DNA of 64,000 nt from an uncultured Anaerolineae bacterium. Its GTDB lineage: Bacteria; Chloroflexota; Anaerolineae; Fen-1058. The stretch is taken from positions 3,841 to 67,840 of the forward strand of contig CAZKBQ010000018.1 of the NCBI GenBank assembly GCA_964550855.1, read 5' to 3'. Shown here piece after piece: positions 9,252-19,179 of the stretch. Numbering within the stretch: the first letter of the stretch is position 1; every line of letters starts with the position of its first letter. The translations under genes and the position numbers were made by a program. The notes under the pieces were generated by a model. It was given only the letters and a program-made list of their open reading frames with translations. It ran no database searches and was not told the DNA's origin.

Positions 9252-9435
9252 CGCCACCAGCCAAGTCGCAGTCTGGTCCGATTCTCCGCCGATTACGCCA
9301 AGATCGACCTCACTGGCCGGGCTGCTGTTTCCGCGGCTGCCGGCCATTCCCGGTATCGATCGCCGCCCTTGGCGCCGTCGGGCCGAGCTGGAACAGTCGG
9401 GAGACTGAGCACATCTCTATCATCCGGGGGGCAGG

Positions 9436-10272
9436 TTGAAGACAATCAGGCAGCATCCCATGTGGTTCTTCTTCGGACTGGCTTATCTGCTGACGTGGAT
9501 TTTCTGGGGGACGCAGGTGGCCGAGGCGCAGGGTTGGATCAACTTTCACCTGCCGCAAAGTTTGGGCTATTGGGGACTGGCAACGGCAACGTATCTTGTG
9601 GCTTTTCTGACCGGCGGCTGGCCGGCCGTGAAGGATCTGTTGAGCCGCCTCGTGCGCTGGCGGGTGGGTGCGCAGTGGTATGTGATCGCGCTGGTATTTA
9701 CCAACATCATCGGGCTGGCCGCAGCCGCTCTGCTGGCGCTGACGGGTGGCCCCAGTCACATCGGCGAAGATTTGCCCGTCGGCCAGCTGCTGCCGTTCTT
9801 TCTGGCAAATTTCCCGCTGTTTCTGTTCACCGAGGAAACGGCCTGGCGCGGTTTCGCACTGCCGCGGCTGCAGCAGAAACACAGCGCGTTGCGGTCAAGC
9901 GTGCTGCTGGGCATCGGCTGGGGCATCTGGCATCTGCCGCTGTTCATGATTCCGGGCACTTTTCAGGCGCGCTTTCCATTCCCGGGAGCCATCGCCTCGT
10001 GGCTGGGCTTTGTCGTGTTGATCATCCCCGTGACGATCCTGGCAACGTGGCTGTTCAACCATACGCGCGGCAGCGTATTGATCGCGGCGCTGTTTCACAC
10101 CGCCACCAACGTGGGGCTGGTGTTCTGGGGCGTGTTGACGCACGAGCTGACGCTGTTTATCCTCTACGCCGTGTTGCTGTGGCTGACGGCCGCCGTCGTG
10201 GTCTGGTTGGAGAAACCTGAACGGTTGGCGCGCACGGCCGATTGGCGCGACGTGACGATCGAGACGACATGA
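9436..10272 (+). CDS. CPBP family intramembrane glutamic endopeptidase (CAAX protease/Abi-like)
   Basis: Multi-pass membrane protein with FTEETAWRGFALPRL (EExxxR) and later WGIWHLPLF and FHTATN motifs. The start is TTG 9436; an alternative ATG lies at 9460. Confidence 0.85.
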   Translation: MKTIRQHPMWFFFGLAYLLTWIFWGTQVAEAQGWINFHLPQSLGYWGLATATYLVAFLTGGWPAVKDLLSRLVRWRVGAQWYVIALVFTNIIGLAAAALLALTGGPSHIGEDLPVGQLLPFFLANFPLFLFTEETAWRGFALPRLQQKHSALRSSVLLGIGWGIWHLPLFMIPGTFQARFPFPGAIASWLGFVVLIIPVTILATWLFNHTRGSVLIAALFHTATNVGLVFWGVLTHELTLFILYAVLLWLTAAVVVWLEKPERLARTADWRDVTIETT

Positions 10273-10898
10273 CCAAACACTCCACGGCTGTGCCGGCCGC
10301 GCCGGGCGATGGCGATGATCACATCGGGCTGGAGCGCCTGATCTTCTTCAGCGACGCGGTCTTTGCCATCGCCATTACGCTGCTGGCGCTGGACATCCGC
10401 CTGCCGGCACCCGCCGCGGCATTGACCGACGATCAGCTGGCGGCGGAGCTGCTGGGCCTGGGCTCCAAATACCTGGCCTACGTGATCAGCTTCCTCGTCA
10501 TCGGCACGTTCTGGTTCGGCCATCACCGGCGGTTTCGCTACATCCGCCATTACGATCGCCGTCTGGTGTGGCTCAATCTGTTGCTGCTGATGTGCATCGC
10601 CTTCATTCCGTTTCCGACGGGCGTGCTCAGCGAATACGGCAATCGCACGGCCACTGTTTTCTATGCGGTCACCATCGCCGTGACCGGACTATTGTCCGGC
10701 GCGCTCTGGTGGTACGCCGCGTGGCACGATCGCCTGATCGATCCCACCCTTCATCCGCGCCACCGCCGCTACGAACAACTGGCGCCGCTGATCATTCCCG
10801 TGATCTTTCTGGGTTCGATTGGCCTGGCCTTCATCAACGCGCAGCTGGCGATGTATTCATGGTGCCTCACTCTGGTGGCCGCCTGGCTGATCCGGTGA
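10269..10898 (+). CDS. TMEM175/DUF1211 family membrane protein (putative K+ channel)
   Basis: Signature LERLIFFSDAVFAIAITLLALDI. ATG 10269 overlaps the CPBP stop (ATGA). The ORF track gives a longer alternative from 10242. Confidence 0.8.
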   Translation: MTKHSTAVPAAPGDGDDHIGLERLIFFSDAVFAIAITLLALDIRLPAPAAALTDDQLAAELLGLGSKYLAYVISFLVIGTFWFGHHRRFRYIRHYDRRLVWLNLLLLMCIAFIPFPTGVLSEYGNRTATVFYAVTIAVTGLLSGALWWYAAWHDRLIDPTLHPRHRRYEQLAPLIIPVIFLGSIGLAFINAQLAMYSWCLTLVAAWLIR

Positions 10899-10977
10899 GC
10901 TGAATCAAGGTCGGCAATGAAACCCTTTAGCGTTGAACGATTGATGGCGCCCGTGCTGCGCCCGAGCGGGCGGTGAA

Positions 10978-11802
10978 GTGATCATGTCAACCGTCACCTG
11001 GTTGGGCGGCCCGACATTCTTGCTGGAGATCGGCTCGTTCAAATGGCTGGCCGATCCGATGTTTGGTGAAGGCCCGGCGGCCTTCATCATGCACGATCAT
11101 CCTTCGACGGGCGCGGCAGTGGCCGAGATCGCCCGCCTCGCCCCGCTGCCGCCGGTCGATCTGCGCGGCCTCGACGGCGTGATCGTCAGTCATCTGCACA
11201 GCGATCATTTCGATCAGGTCGCAGCCGATCGTCTCGACAAATCACTCACGGTCATCGCTGCGCCCGAGCATGCCGCCCTGCTCAACGCGCGCGGTTTTCA
11301 TCACGTGCAGCCGCTCCGCTGGTGGCACATCTGGTCGTCGCGGAAAAACGCTGAAACGCTAACCTTCACCGCCGTGCCCGCGCGCCATGCCCACGCCGAT
11401 GCCTTGAACGCCGAACTCGGCCTCGTCAACGGCTATCTGATCGAGCACCAAACGGCGCACGGCAAATTGCGGATATACTGGACGGGCGACACGGTCTGGT
11501 TCGACGATCTGGCCGACATCCGGGCGCAAGCCGGGCGCGTCGATGTGCTGATCCCGCATCTGGGCGCGGTGGGTGTGGATGGGCCGTACGGCCTGATGAC
11601 GCTGGACGCCGGGGAAGCGGCGCGCGTCGTCGATCTGTTCGAGCCGGCGGCCATCGTGCCGATTCATCATCACACTTTTTCGCACTACGTCGAACCGATC
11701 GCGGTCTTGCAGGCGCGGCTGCGCGGCACGCCGCACGAACATCGGCTGCACGTCTTGCAAGAAGGCGAAATGCTGCATTTTGAACCGCCGCATTTGCGAT
11801 GA
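10978..11802 (+). CDS. MBL-fold metallo-hydrolase
   Basis: VSHLHSDHFD (HxHxDH) motif and beta-lactamase-fold-like length. The stop overlaps the next start (ATGA at 11799). Confidence 0.85.
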   Translation: MIMSTVTWLGGPTFLLEIGSFKWLADPMFGEGPAAFIMHDHPSTGAAVAEIARLAPLPPVDLRGLDGVIVSHLHSDHFDQVAADRLDKSLTVIAAPEHAALLNARGFHHVQPLRWWHIWSSRKNAETLTFTAVPARHAHADALNAELGLVNGYLIEHQTAHGKLRIYWTGDTVWFDDLADIRAQAGRVDVLIPHLGAVGVDGPYGLMTLDAGEAARVVDLFEPAAIVPIHHHTFSHYVEPIAVLQARLRGTPHEHRLHVLQEGEMLHFEPPHLR

Positions 11803-13859
11803 GTCAACCCTCGTCTCTTCAGCCTGTGCCCTTCGAGCGCCTCGCCATCCGTCTGCGGCCCGAGCTGCGCGCCGCCTCGGGCGAGGCGCTTCAGCGGGCC
11901 GTCAATGACGTGTTCGGCGTGGTGTACGCTGCGCCGCTCGCGCTGATCGGCCTGCTCTGGACGATCGCCGCCACCGACACCGCCGTGCTCGCGCGCGAGT
12001 GGCCGCGATTGCTGCTGGCGTGGGGGCTGCTGTGGGCGTTTGAACGCCTGCCGTTTTTCGTCGTCATTGAAGTCCGGCCCGGTTCGCAATCCGATTTTTC
12101 CGGTTCGCTCGACACCGTGGTCTTCTGGACGGCGTGTCTGATCTTCGGCCCCACCGCGATCTGGATCGGTGTGATCCCGATCGCGGTATATTTTGTCACA
12201 GGCTGGCGCGCTGCGACCACGGCCGATCAACGCTGGAACCGCGCCCGCAACACGTTGATCGATCTGAGCGGCACGACGCTGGCGGCGTTGATCGCGCTGG
12301 GCGTGTACGAACGATCGGGCGGCCGCTATCCGATCGATAGTTTCGCGCCCGGCGTGTTTGTCCCGGCCCTCATCGTCACGCTCGTCCATATCGTGCTCGA
12401 CCGCAGCGTGTGGCTGCCCTATCTGCTGGTAACGTACGAGCGCGGCACCCTGCAGCAGCAGGCGCTGGCGCGGCGCTTCCTGCTGCTCTCGCTGGGCCTG
12501 CCCAGCCTGGCGCAGCCATTTGCCATCATCGCGGCCGGCCTGTGGGTTGAACACGGCGCGGGCTTGTTCCTCTTTTTTATCGGCGGCCTGCTGATCGTCA
12601 GCTGGCTGACCTACCAGTTGAGTCAGGCCGTCAGCCGCAGCTGGCTGCGCTCGCGCGAACTGGAACGGCTGGAATTGCTGAGCCAGGCGCTGTTGAACGC
12701 GCCGCCCGATGCCTCGACGCTGCCCGACATCCTGCGCGAACATCTGCCCGCGCTGTTCTCGCCCAACGCCATTTCGATCGTCCTGTTTCCCGATCGCGTC
12801 CTGCTGCACCATCCGGCCGATCAACCACCGGTGGAGGCCGAGGTGTGGGCGTGGCTCCGCGCGCAGCCGCGCGTGCAGCAATTTTCCGCCAAGAGCGTAT
12901 CCCCGTGGCGCCGCGAGCCGATCGACAACAGCGTGATCCTTGCGCCGATCCTTGGCGCGGCCGAGCCGCATGCCCTGATCGGCGGGATCCATCTTGCGCA
13001 CCAGAGTTTCATCCGCGACACCCGGGCCGCCACCGCCTCGTGGTCGGCCGTGCAGGCCGTGGCCGATCAGATCGCGTCCGCGCTGCACCAGGCCGAGTTG
13101 AACGCGCGCATGCTGGCCAACCAGCGGATCGATCAGGAGTTATCCTTAGCCGCCAAGATTCAGGCCAGTTTTCTGCCGCTGGCGCTGACCGATGCGCCCG
13201 GCTGGCAGCTGGCCGCCACGCTGGAACCGGCGCGGCAGACTTCGGGCGACTATTACGATTGGGGCATGTTGTCCAACGGCCGGCTGGCCGTGGCCGTGGC
13301 TGACGTGGCCGACAAGGGCGTGGGCGCGGCGCTATACATGGCGCTGACGCGCACCATCCTGCGGACATTCGTGTTTGAATATCCCGATCAACCGGCCGAA
13401 GCATTTGGGGCCGCCAATCGCCGCATTTTTGCGGATGCGCGCACCGATCTGTTTGTGACCACGTTCTACGGCTTGATCGATCCGGCCAGCGGCGAAATGG
13501 TGTACTGCAATGCCGGGCACAATCCGCCCTACGTGCTGCGGCGCGCCGGCGGCGAACCGATCCCGTTGATGCGCACCGGCCGGCCGATGGGCATGTTTGA
13601 AGACAGCCGCTGGACCACGCACACGATCGCACTCGAACCGGGCGATCGTGTGATCCTCTACACCGACGGCGTGACCGAGGCCCAAAACGCGCACGGCGAA
13701 TTCTTCGGCGAGGCGCGTTTGCTGGCGGTGGCGCGCCGGTCCATGACCTGTTCCGTGGAGGAGATGCAGCGCGCCATCCTGGCCGACGTTCACGCCTTTG
13801 TGGGCAATGCGCCGCAGGCCGACGATATTACGCTCTTGGTGTTGGGCCGCGATGAATAG
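11799..13859 (+). CDS. Membrane-anchored PP2C/SpoIIE-family protein phosphatase
   Basis: The N-terminal ~280 aa are multi-pass hydrophobic. The C-terminus shows a SpoIIE-like pattern: AAKIQASFLP, GDYYDW, VADVADKGVGAALYMA, YCNAGHNPP, LYTDGVTEA, DDITLLVL. Confidence 0.85.
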   Translation: MSQPSSLQPVPFERLAIRLRPELRAASGEALQRAVNDVFGVVYAAPLALIGLLWTIAATDTAVLAREWPRLLLAWGLLWAFERLPFFVVIEVRPGSQSDFSGSLDTVVFWTACLIFGPTAIWIGVIPIAVYFVTGWRAATTADQRWNRARNTLIDLSGTTLAALIALGVYERSGGRYPIDSFAPGVFVPALIVTLVHIVLDRSVWLPYLLVTYERGTLQQQALARRFLLLSLGLPSLAQPFAIIAAGLWVEHGAGLFLFFIGGLLIVSWLTYQLSQAVSRSWLRSRELERLELLSQALLNAPPDASTLPDILREHLPALFSPNAISIVLFPDRVLLHHPADQPPVEAEVWAWLRAQPRVQQFSAKSVSPWRREPIDNSVILAPILGAAEPHALIGGIHLAHQSFIRDTRAATASWSAVQAVADQIASALHQAELNARMLANQRIDQELSLAAKIQASFLPLALTDAPGWQLAATLEPARQTSGDYYDWGMLSNGRLAVAVADVADKGVGAALYMALTRTILRTFVFEYPDQPAEAFGAANRRIFADARTDLFVTTFYGLIDPASGEMVYCNAGHNPPYVLRRAGGEPIPLMRTGRPMGMFEDSRWTTHTIALEPGDRVILYTDGVTEAQNAHGEFFGEARLLAVARRSMTCSVEEMQRAILADVHAFVGNAPQADDITLLVLGRDE

Positions 13860-13880
13860 ACTTTATCGGAATTACCGTAG

Positions 13881-13902
13881 CCGCCGCATCCCCATGCGGC
13901 GG
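13881..13902 (+). terminator. Stem-loop after the phosphatase gene
   Basis: CCGCCGCAT-cccc-ATGCGGCGG: a 9-bp perfect stem with a 4-nt loop, 22 nt after the stop. No T-tract follows. Confidence 0.45.
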
Positions 13903-14008
13903 GTCACGGGCCTGGGCACGCCCGTGCGGCCATTTCTGATAAGGTTCAATGAAGCCGATGCGTTGATGGTAGAATCCAACCACAGTCCGACCCGTCAAGG
14001 CTAAACGC

Positions 14009-16720
14009 GTGCCCGTTCCCCTGCTTCAAACCAAACTTTACCCGCCGCCCGACGTGAATTGGGTGCGGCGGCCCGGCCTGATTCAACGACTGGACGAGGC
14101 GTTGCGCTCAGGCGTGCGTTTGAGCCTCGTCTCCGCCCAGGCCGGCGCGGGCAAGAGCACCCTGCTCAGCAGCTGGGCGGCTGCGCAGCCCGCGGGCTGG
14201 CTGTCGCTCGATGCCGATGATAATGATCCAACGCGTTTTTGGACTTACGCGCTGACCGCGCTGCGCCGGCTGTATCCGGGCCTGGCCGCGGGCCTCTGGC
14301 AGGACCTGGCAGCTGCGTCCGCCGCTCTCTCCGCCGAAGCGCTGCGCGCGCTCCTGAGCGGCCTGCTGAACGAGATCGCCGCACTGCCGGATCGGGTGGC
14401 GTTGATCCTCGACGACTATCACACGATCAATCACGCCGACATTCATGACACCGTCGCCTTCGTGATCGACCATCTGCCGCCGACGCTGCAGATCGTCATC
14501 GCCACGCGCGCCGATCCGCCGCTGCCGCTGGGCCGCTGGCGGGTGCGCGGCCAACTGCTGGAGCTGCGCGCCGCCGATCTGCGCTTCACGCCCGACGAAG
14601 CCGCCGTCTTCCTCAACGAACGCATGGGCCTGAACCTGACCCGCGACGACGTGGTCGCGCTGGAGGCCCGCACCGAAGGCTGGATCGCCGGCCTGCAGCT
14701 GGCCGCGCTGTCCATGCAGGGCCGGCACGATACGCACGAATTCGTACAGGCGTTTACGGGCAGCCACCGCTTTGTGCTGGATTATCTGATGGAGGAGGTG
14801 TTGAACCGGCAGCCGCCCGACATTCAAACCTTCCTGCTGCACACCTCCATCCTCGACCGGCTGTGCGGGCCGCTGTGCGACGCGGTAGCCGATCGGGCCG
14901 GCAGCCAGGCCGTGCTGGATCAGTTGCAGCGCAGCAACCTGTTCCTGATCGCCTTGGACGACGATCGGTTCTGGGCGCGCTACCATCACCTGTTCGCCGA
15001 TCTGTTGCGCGCCCGTTTGCCGCAGCTGCAGCCGGACCTGGTTCCTCAGCTGCATCGCCGCGCCGCCGCCTGGCTGGAACAGCAGGGCTACGTGGTCGAG
15101 GCGATGCCCCACGCGCTGGCTGCCGGCGATCTGGAACTGGCCGCCGACCTAATCGAACGCCACATGGTCGCCTTGATGACGCGCGGCGAAATGAACACTC
15201 TCCTGCGCTGGCTCAAGCTGCTGCCCGAGACCGTCACCCGACGGCGGCCGTGGCTGCTGGCGGCGGAGGGCTGGATTTACACGTTTGCCGGCAGCGTGGA
15301 GCTGGTGGAACCGCTGGCCCGACAGGCCGAGCAGCTGCTGCGCGAGCAAACGCCGGACGACGCCGGCCCGCGCAGCATCGCCCGTGTGGCGGGCAATCTG
15401 GCCGCCATGCGCGCCTTCGTAGCGCAGATCATGGGCGACGACGAGCACGCCATCGAGCTGGCGCGGGACGCCGACCGGCTGCTGCCGCCGGACGAACACG
15501 TGGCCCGCAGCGTCATTCCGTACACCCTGGGGCGCGGCTATCGCATGCAGGGTGAGATGTTCATCAGCACAGGCTATTTTGAGACGCTGCTGCAGGTGGG
15601 CAAAAGCGCCGGCATCTGGACGATGGCCGCGGCCTACCACGAGCTGGCAATCTCTTACAAGCTGCGCGGCGAGCTCCGCCGCGCGCACACGCTCTATCTG
15701 GAAGCCCTGCAGCAGTTGGACGCGCATCATGCCCGCCGCATGGGCGCAGCCGCCAAAATTGACATCGGGTTGGGCGATCTACTGCGCGAATGGACCGAGC
15801 TCGATCGAGCGCGGCCGCTGATTGCTGAAGCAGTGGAGCGCATGCGGCCGTGGGGCAACCCACTCGATCTGGTAGTGGGCTACACGCATCTGGTACGGGT
15901 GCTGGAAAGTGCCGGTGATTTTGACGAAGCCTGGGCGGCCTGGCGCGAGGGCGACCGTGTGCGTCGAGCGTTCGCGATGATGCCGTTTCTGTCGGTCAAC
16001 CTCGACCTGTGGGGCGTGCGTCTGTGGCTGGCGACGGGTCGGTTGGTCGAGGCGCAGCAGTGGGTGGAGGCGTGGCTGAAAACGGCCGGCGGCGACTACG
16101 CCTTGCTGACGCGCGAACTCGAAGCGATTCAAGCCGCGCGGGTGCTGCTGGCGCTCGATCGATCAGCTGAAGCGATCGAGGTGTTGTCGCCCTATCGCGA
16201 CGATGCCGCGCGCCAACAGCGGCACGGCCGCCTGCTTCAAGTGCTGGTGCTGACGGCAACCGCGCAGCGCGCGCTGGGTCAGCCGGCCAGGGCGCTCACC
16301 ACGCTGGCGCGCGCCCTGACGTTGGCCGAGCCTGAAGACTACGTCCGACTGTTTGCCGATGAGGGCGAACCTGTGCGCAGGCTGCTGATCGAGGTCAGGG
16401 CGCAGCTTGATGGGCGCGCGGCGTCATCGGAAGAGCGCGCCCGGTTGCTGCCCTACATCGATCGAGTATTGGCCGCCTTCAAGACAGCCGCTCCCGCCGC
16501 GGCGGCACCGAATCAGTCGCTCATCGAGCCGCTGAGCGAGCGCGAACTGGAAGTGCTGCGCCTGCTGGCTCAGGGCCTCTCCAACGCGCAGATCGCCGAT
16601 CGGCTGGTGGTGGCCGTCGGCACGATCAAGACTCACATCCACAACATCTACGGCAAACTCGGCGCGCAGAATCGCGCCCAGGCCGTGACCCGCGCCAACG
16701 AACTGAACCTCCTGAAATAA
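14009..16720 (+). CDS. MalT-like STAND ATPase / LuxR-family transcriptional regulator
   Basis: N-terminus LLQTKLYPPP...RPGLIQRL. Walker A SAQAGAGKSTLL. LSLDADDNDPTRFW and LILDDYH motifs, TPR-like middle region. C-terminal LuxR HTH: LSERELEVLRLLAQGLSNAQIADRLVVAVGTIKTHIHNIYGKLG. GTG start. Confidence 0.9.
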   Translation: MPVPLLQTKLYPPPDVNWVRRPGLIQRLDEALRSGVRLSLVSAQAGAGKSTLLSSWAAAQPAGWLSLDADDNDPTRFWTYALTALRRLYPGLAAGLWQDLAAASAALSAEALRALLSGLLNEIAALPDRVALILDDYHTINHADIHDTVAFVIDHLPPTLQIVIATRADPPLPLGRWRVRGQLLELRAADLRFTPDEAAVFLNERMGLNLTRDDVVALEARTEGWIAGLQLAALSMQGRHDTHEFVQAFTGSHRFVLDYLMEEVLNRQPPDIQTFLLHTSILDRLCGPLCDAVADRAGSQAVLDQLQRSNLFLIALDDDRFWARYHHLFADLLRARLPQLQPDLVPQLHRRAAAWLEQQGYVVEAMPHALAAGDLELAADLIERHMVALMTRGEMNTLLRWLKLLPETVTRRRPWLLAAEGWIYTFAGSVELVEPLARQAEQLLREQTPDDAGPRSIARVAGNLAAMRAFVAQIMGDDEHAIELARDADRLLPPDEHVARSVIPYTLGRGYRMQGEMFISTGYFETLLQVGKSAGIWTMAAAYHELAISYKLRGELRRAHTLYLEALQQLDAHHARRMGAAAKIDIGLGDLLREWTELDRARPLIAEAVERMRPWGNPLDLVVGYTHLVRVLESAGDFDEAWAAWREGDRVRRAFAMMPFLSVNLDLWGVRLWLATGRLVEAQQWVEAWLKTAGGDYALLTRELEAIQAARVLLALDRSAEAIEVLSPYRDDAARQQRHGRLLQVLVLTATAQRALGQPARALTTLARALTLAEPEDYVRLFADEGEPVRRLLIEVRAQLDGRAASSEERARLLPYIDRVLAAFKTAAPAAAAPNQSLIEPLSERELEVLRLLAQGLSNAQIADRLVVAVGTIKTHIHNIYGKLGAQNRAQAVTRANELNLLK

Positions 16721-16802
16721 ACCCCGCAATCCATCGTCCGATAGATGACGGCCTCCGTGGTTTACGGCTATGCTATAGCCAACTTGAACCGGAGGCAATG
16801 TC

Positions 16803-17192
16803 ATGGCTGCTCAAACCAATTCACTGAACGTCAACACTGTGCTGGCGGCCGCGCTGGGCCTGATGGCGGCCGCGTTGGTCTTGCTCGTCCTGTCGGGCCG
16901 CACCCTGCCCCTCATCACCGACGACCGCGGCGCGCTGATCGCACTGGGCGTCATCGGCTTCGCGATGTGCACGCTGGCCGGCAGCGGCCGCGTTCCCGCC
17001 GCGATTGGCTGGGGGCATCCGATCTCGATCGCGGGCGCGCTGTTGGGCGTGGCCGCGCTGCTGGTAATAACGCTGCCGTTGATCAATGTGAAGCTGCCGG
17101 GGCTGGCCACCGACCGATCGGCCTTCATCGCCCTGGCAGTCATCATGCTGGTCAAGATCGGCCTGTCAGGTCTCAGCCGCTTCATCGCTTGA
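16803..17192 (+). CDS. Small integral membrane protein (4 predicted TM helices), function unknown
   Basis: ORF track 129 aa, hydrophobic throughout. GGAGG SD upstream of ATG 16803. Confidence 0.6.
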   Translation: MAAQTNSLNVNTVLAAALGLMAAALVLLVLSGRTLPLITDDRGALIALGVIGFAMCTLAGSGRVPAAIGWGHPISIAGALLGVAALLVITLPLINVKLPGLATDRSAFIALAVIMLVKIGLSGLSRFIA

Positions 17193-17232
17193 TTCTCAAA
17201 GTCAAACCACTCAATTTCAAGGAGTCACTCTC

Positions 17233-17616
17233 ATGCGTATCTTAGTAATCGTGCTGTTGATCGTCGCCGCGCATTTCAATCTGACCGCCAACGTGCCCGG
17301 CCCGCAGGCCCTAATCTACTGGCCGTTTGGCGCCAACACGCGGCCCAGCCTCGCACTGTTCGGCGCGTACCCCAACGCGCCCACCCAACTGCTCTCGGCC
17401 GTCGCGGGTCTCGGCTTTATCGCGGCACTGCTGGCAGTGTTCGGCTGGCTGGTGCCGGCCGGCTGGTTCGCGCCGCTGGTGATGGTCGCGTCGCTGGCAT
17501 CCATCGCGCTGTACGTGCTGTATCTCGGCCCGTTCGCGCTGATTCCGCTGGGCGTGGATGCGATCCTGTTGTGGGGCGTGCTGGCGCAGGGCTGGTCGGC
17601 AGCCACCCTGGCTTGA
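17233..17616 (+). CDS. Small integral membrane protein, function unknown
   Basis: ORF track 127 aa, hydrophobic. AAGGAG SD upstream of ATG 17233. Confidence 0.6.
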   Translation: MRILVIVLLIVAAHFNLTANVPGPQALIYWPFGANTRPSLALFGAYPNAPTQLLSAVAGLGFIAALLAVFGWLVPAGWFAPLVMVASLASIALYVLYLGPFALIPLGVDAILLWGVLAQGWSAATLA

Positions 17617-17626
17617 GGCGGCACTC

Positions 17627-17866
17627 ATGAGCGAGCAGTTTTCACCGCGATCGGCATCCGATCGCGGTGATTATTACGAAATTCGGCTGGGCGGCGAATT
17701 GGATCCGTGCTGGGCCGAGTGGTTCGATCGGTTGGAGTTGATCGCGCTGCCCGATGGGGACACGCTTTTGCGCGGCCCCATCATCGATCAGGCCGAACTG
17801 CACGGCGTGCTGATGAAGATTCGCGACCTGGGCCTCAAGCTGCTGGCCGTCAATCGCGTGACATGA
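17627..17866 (+). CDS. Small conserved-looking soluble protein (79 aa), function unknown
   Basis: ATG 17627 inside ORF 17558..17866. Sequence MSEQFSPR...YYEIRLGGELDPCWAEWFDRLELIALPDGDTLLRGPIIDQAELHGVLMKIRDLGLKLLAVNRV, a globular-looking composition. The family name is not recalled with certainty. Confidence 0.55.
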   Translation: MSEQFSPRSASDRGDYYEIRLGGELDPCWAEWFDRLELIALPDGDTLLRGPIIDQAELHGVLMKIRDLGLKLLAVNRVT

Positions 17867-17882
17867 CCAATCGGGCGCGGAA

Positions 17883-18719
17883 TTATCCGCCCGCCGCGTC
17901 CGACTGATCCAGCGCTTCGTCGGCCAGGCGCCGCCCGGCCGCGATGAGGTCAGCCGCGCGGGCAAAGTTCCACAGGCCGGGATCATCGTCGAGATACAGG
18001 TGCAGCACGCGCAGCCGCACGCCGGGTTCGCGCCGCACCGCTTCGATTTCCAGCCGCACCTGCCGATCGATCAGCAGCGAGATGGCCTGGCCGCCGATCG
18101 ACAACATGTTCCTCGGCGCCGATCCGTCGGCCGTGGGGCGCGGCCCAATGCGCAGCGCGTAGAGGTCGGTGGCGCCGCGCGCTACGGCCACTTGCAGCGG
18201 CAGGTGCGAGATCACACCGCCGTCCAGATAGGGCACGCCGTCCACCGTCCACGGCGGATAGTACGGCGGCATGGCTGTGCTGCTCATCAGCCCGTCCAGC
18301 AGTCGGTCGGCCGGATCATCGCCGAAAACGCGCAGCGCACCGTCGGTCAAGCGGGCGGCCACCGTATATAGACGCGGCCCGCGCAAATCGCCAAATGTGC
18401 CGTCGGCAAACGGCCAACGACGCAAGAACCGGCGCAGCGGCTCGCTGGACAGCAGGCTGTCCTTGCCGCTGATCAACCTGAAACCCGCGCGCAGCGCCGG
18501 CACGTGCGGAAAGTTGGCCGCGGCTTCCTCGCGCCAGATGCGCGCCAGTTCGCGCACGCCGTCCAGGGTGGGATGCGCCGCCACCCAGGCGGCGTTCAAC
18601 GCGCCCGCCGACACGCCCACCAGTATGTCCGGGATCAGGCCGCGCTCAAACAGCGCCTCCAGCGCGCCCACTTGCTGCGCGCCATAGTTGGCGCCGCCGC
18701 TCAATACGAATGCTCGCAT
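17883..18719 (-). CDS. Patatin-like phospholipase
   Basis: FVLSGGANYGAQQVGAL (oxyanion G-rich loop), GVSAGALNAAW (GxSxG), and a later DGGV motif. Confidence 0.9.
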   Translation of the reverse strand: MRAFVLSGGANYGAQQVGALEALFERGLIPDILVGVSAGALNAAWVAAHPTLDGVRELARIWREEAAANFPHVPALRAGFRLISGKDSLLSSEPLRRFLRRWPFADGTFGDLRGPRLYTVAARLTDGALRVFGDDPADRLLDGLMSSTAMPPYYPPWTVDGVPYLDGGVISHLPLQVAVARGATDLYALRIGPRPTADGSAPRNMLSIGGQAISLLIDRQVRLEIEAVRREPGVRLRVLHLYLDDDPGLWNFARAADLIAAGRRLADEALDQSDAAGG

Positions 18720-18879
18720 AACCGATCACCTCACGTTTGTCCCGACAAGTATAAATCATAAGATGGAAATGCGCCCGATCAATCCGTCATGGATCGGCGG
18801 CTCAACCCGATTGGCTCGTTTTGCCTCAACGGCCGGTCAGCCGGAGTGCGCGTCATTGATTGGCCGACCGACTTCTCCG

Positions 18880-18893
18880 GCGAATGAATTCGC
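18880..18893. repeat. Copy of the CGAATGAATTCG-core palindrome
   Basis: GCGAAT-GA-ATTCGC lies within CCGGCGAATGAATTCGCG. The same core is found at 41402-41427 and 41474-41493. Confidence 0.6.
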
Positions 18894-19040
18894 GTCTGGT
18901 GGGCGTGTCGCCGATCGTCGGCCTGCGCCGACGAGTTCTGGCACATTTCGTCCACGCCGGTGGACGGTCGGCCAACAGCTCGCCAAGTGCGATTGCAATC
19001 GCCAGCATGCTTTGGCGCGCACTCGGTCGGCCCGAGCCTG

Positions 19041-19069
19041 TTGCGCCGGATTTCACTTGATGCTATAGT
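19041..19069 (+). promoter_or_regulatory. Candidate extended -10 sigma70-type promoter for the histidine kinase operon
   Basis: TTGCGC (19041-19046), N17, TGcTATAGT (-10 at 19064-19069). It lies about 110 nt upstream of ATG 19180. Motif match only. Confidence 0.35.
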
Positions 19070-19179
19070 TGCGGCAGCCAGGACAGCGCACCGCTGTCAT
19101 CCTCGTCCCTCATCAAACCGTTCTAAACGAGCAATTGTGATACGTCGCCAGCCGCTTGAAGGCCGACGGAAAGGACGTC

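Noticed and set aside
9093-10220. 375-aa plus-strand ORF overlapping the CPBP gene
   Set aside because: It is an Arg/Ala/Gly/Ser-rich alternative frame of the same strand. The 9436..10272 frame carries the CPBP EExxxR and His motifs and hydrophobic helices.
11685-13088. 467-aa minus-strand ORF
   Set aside because: It lies antisense to the PP2C phosphatase gene. Its Arg/Gln/Gly-rich sequence has no motifs.
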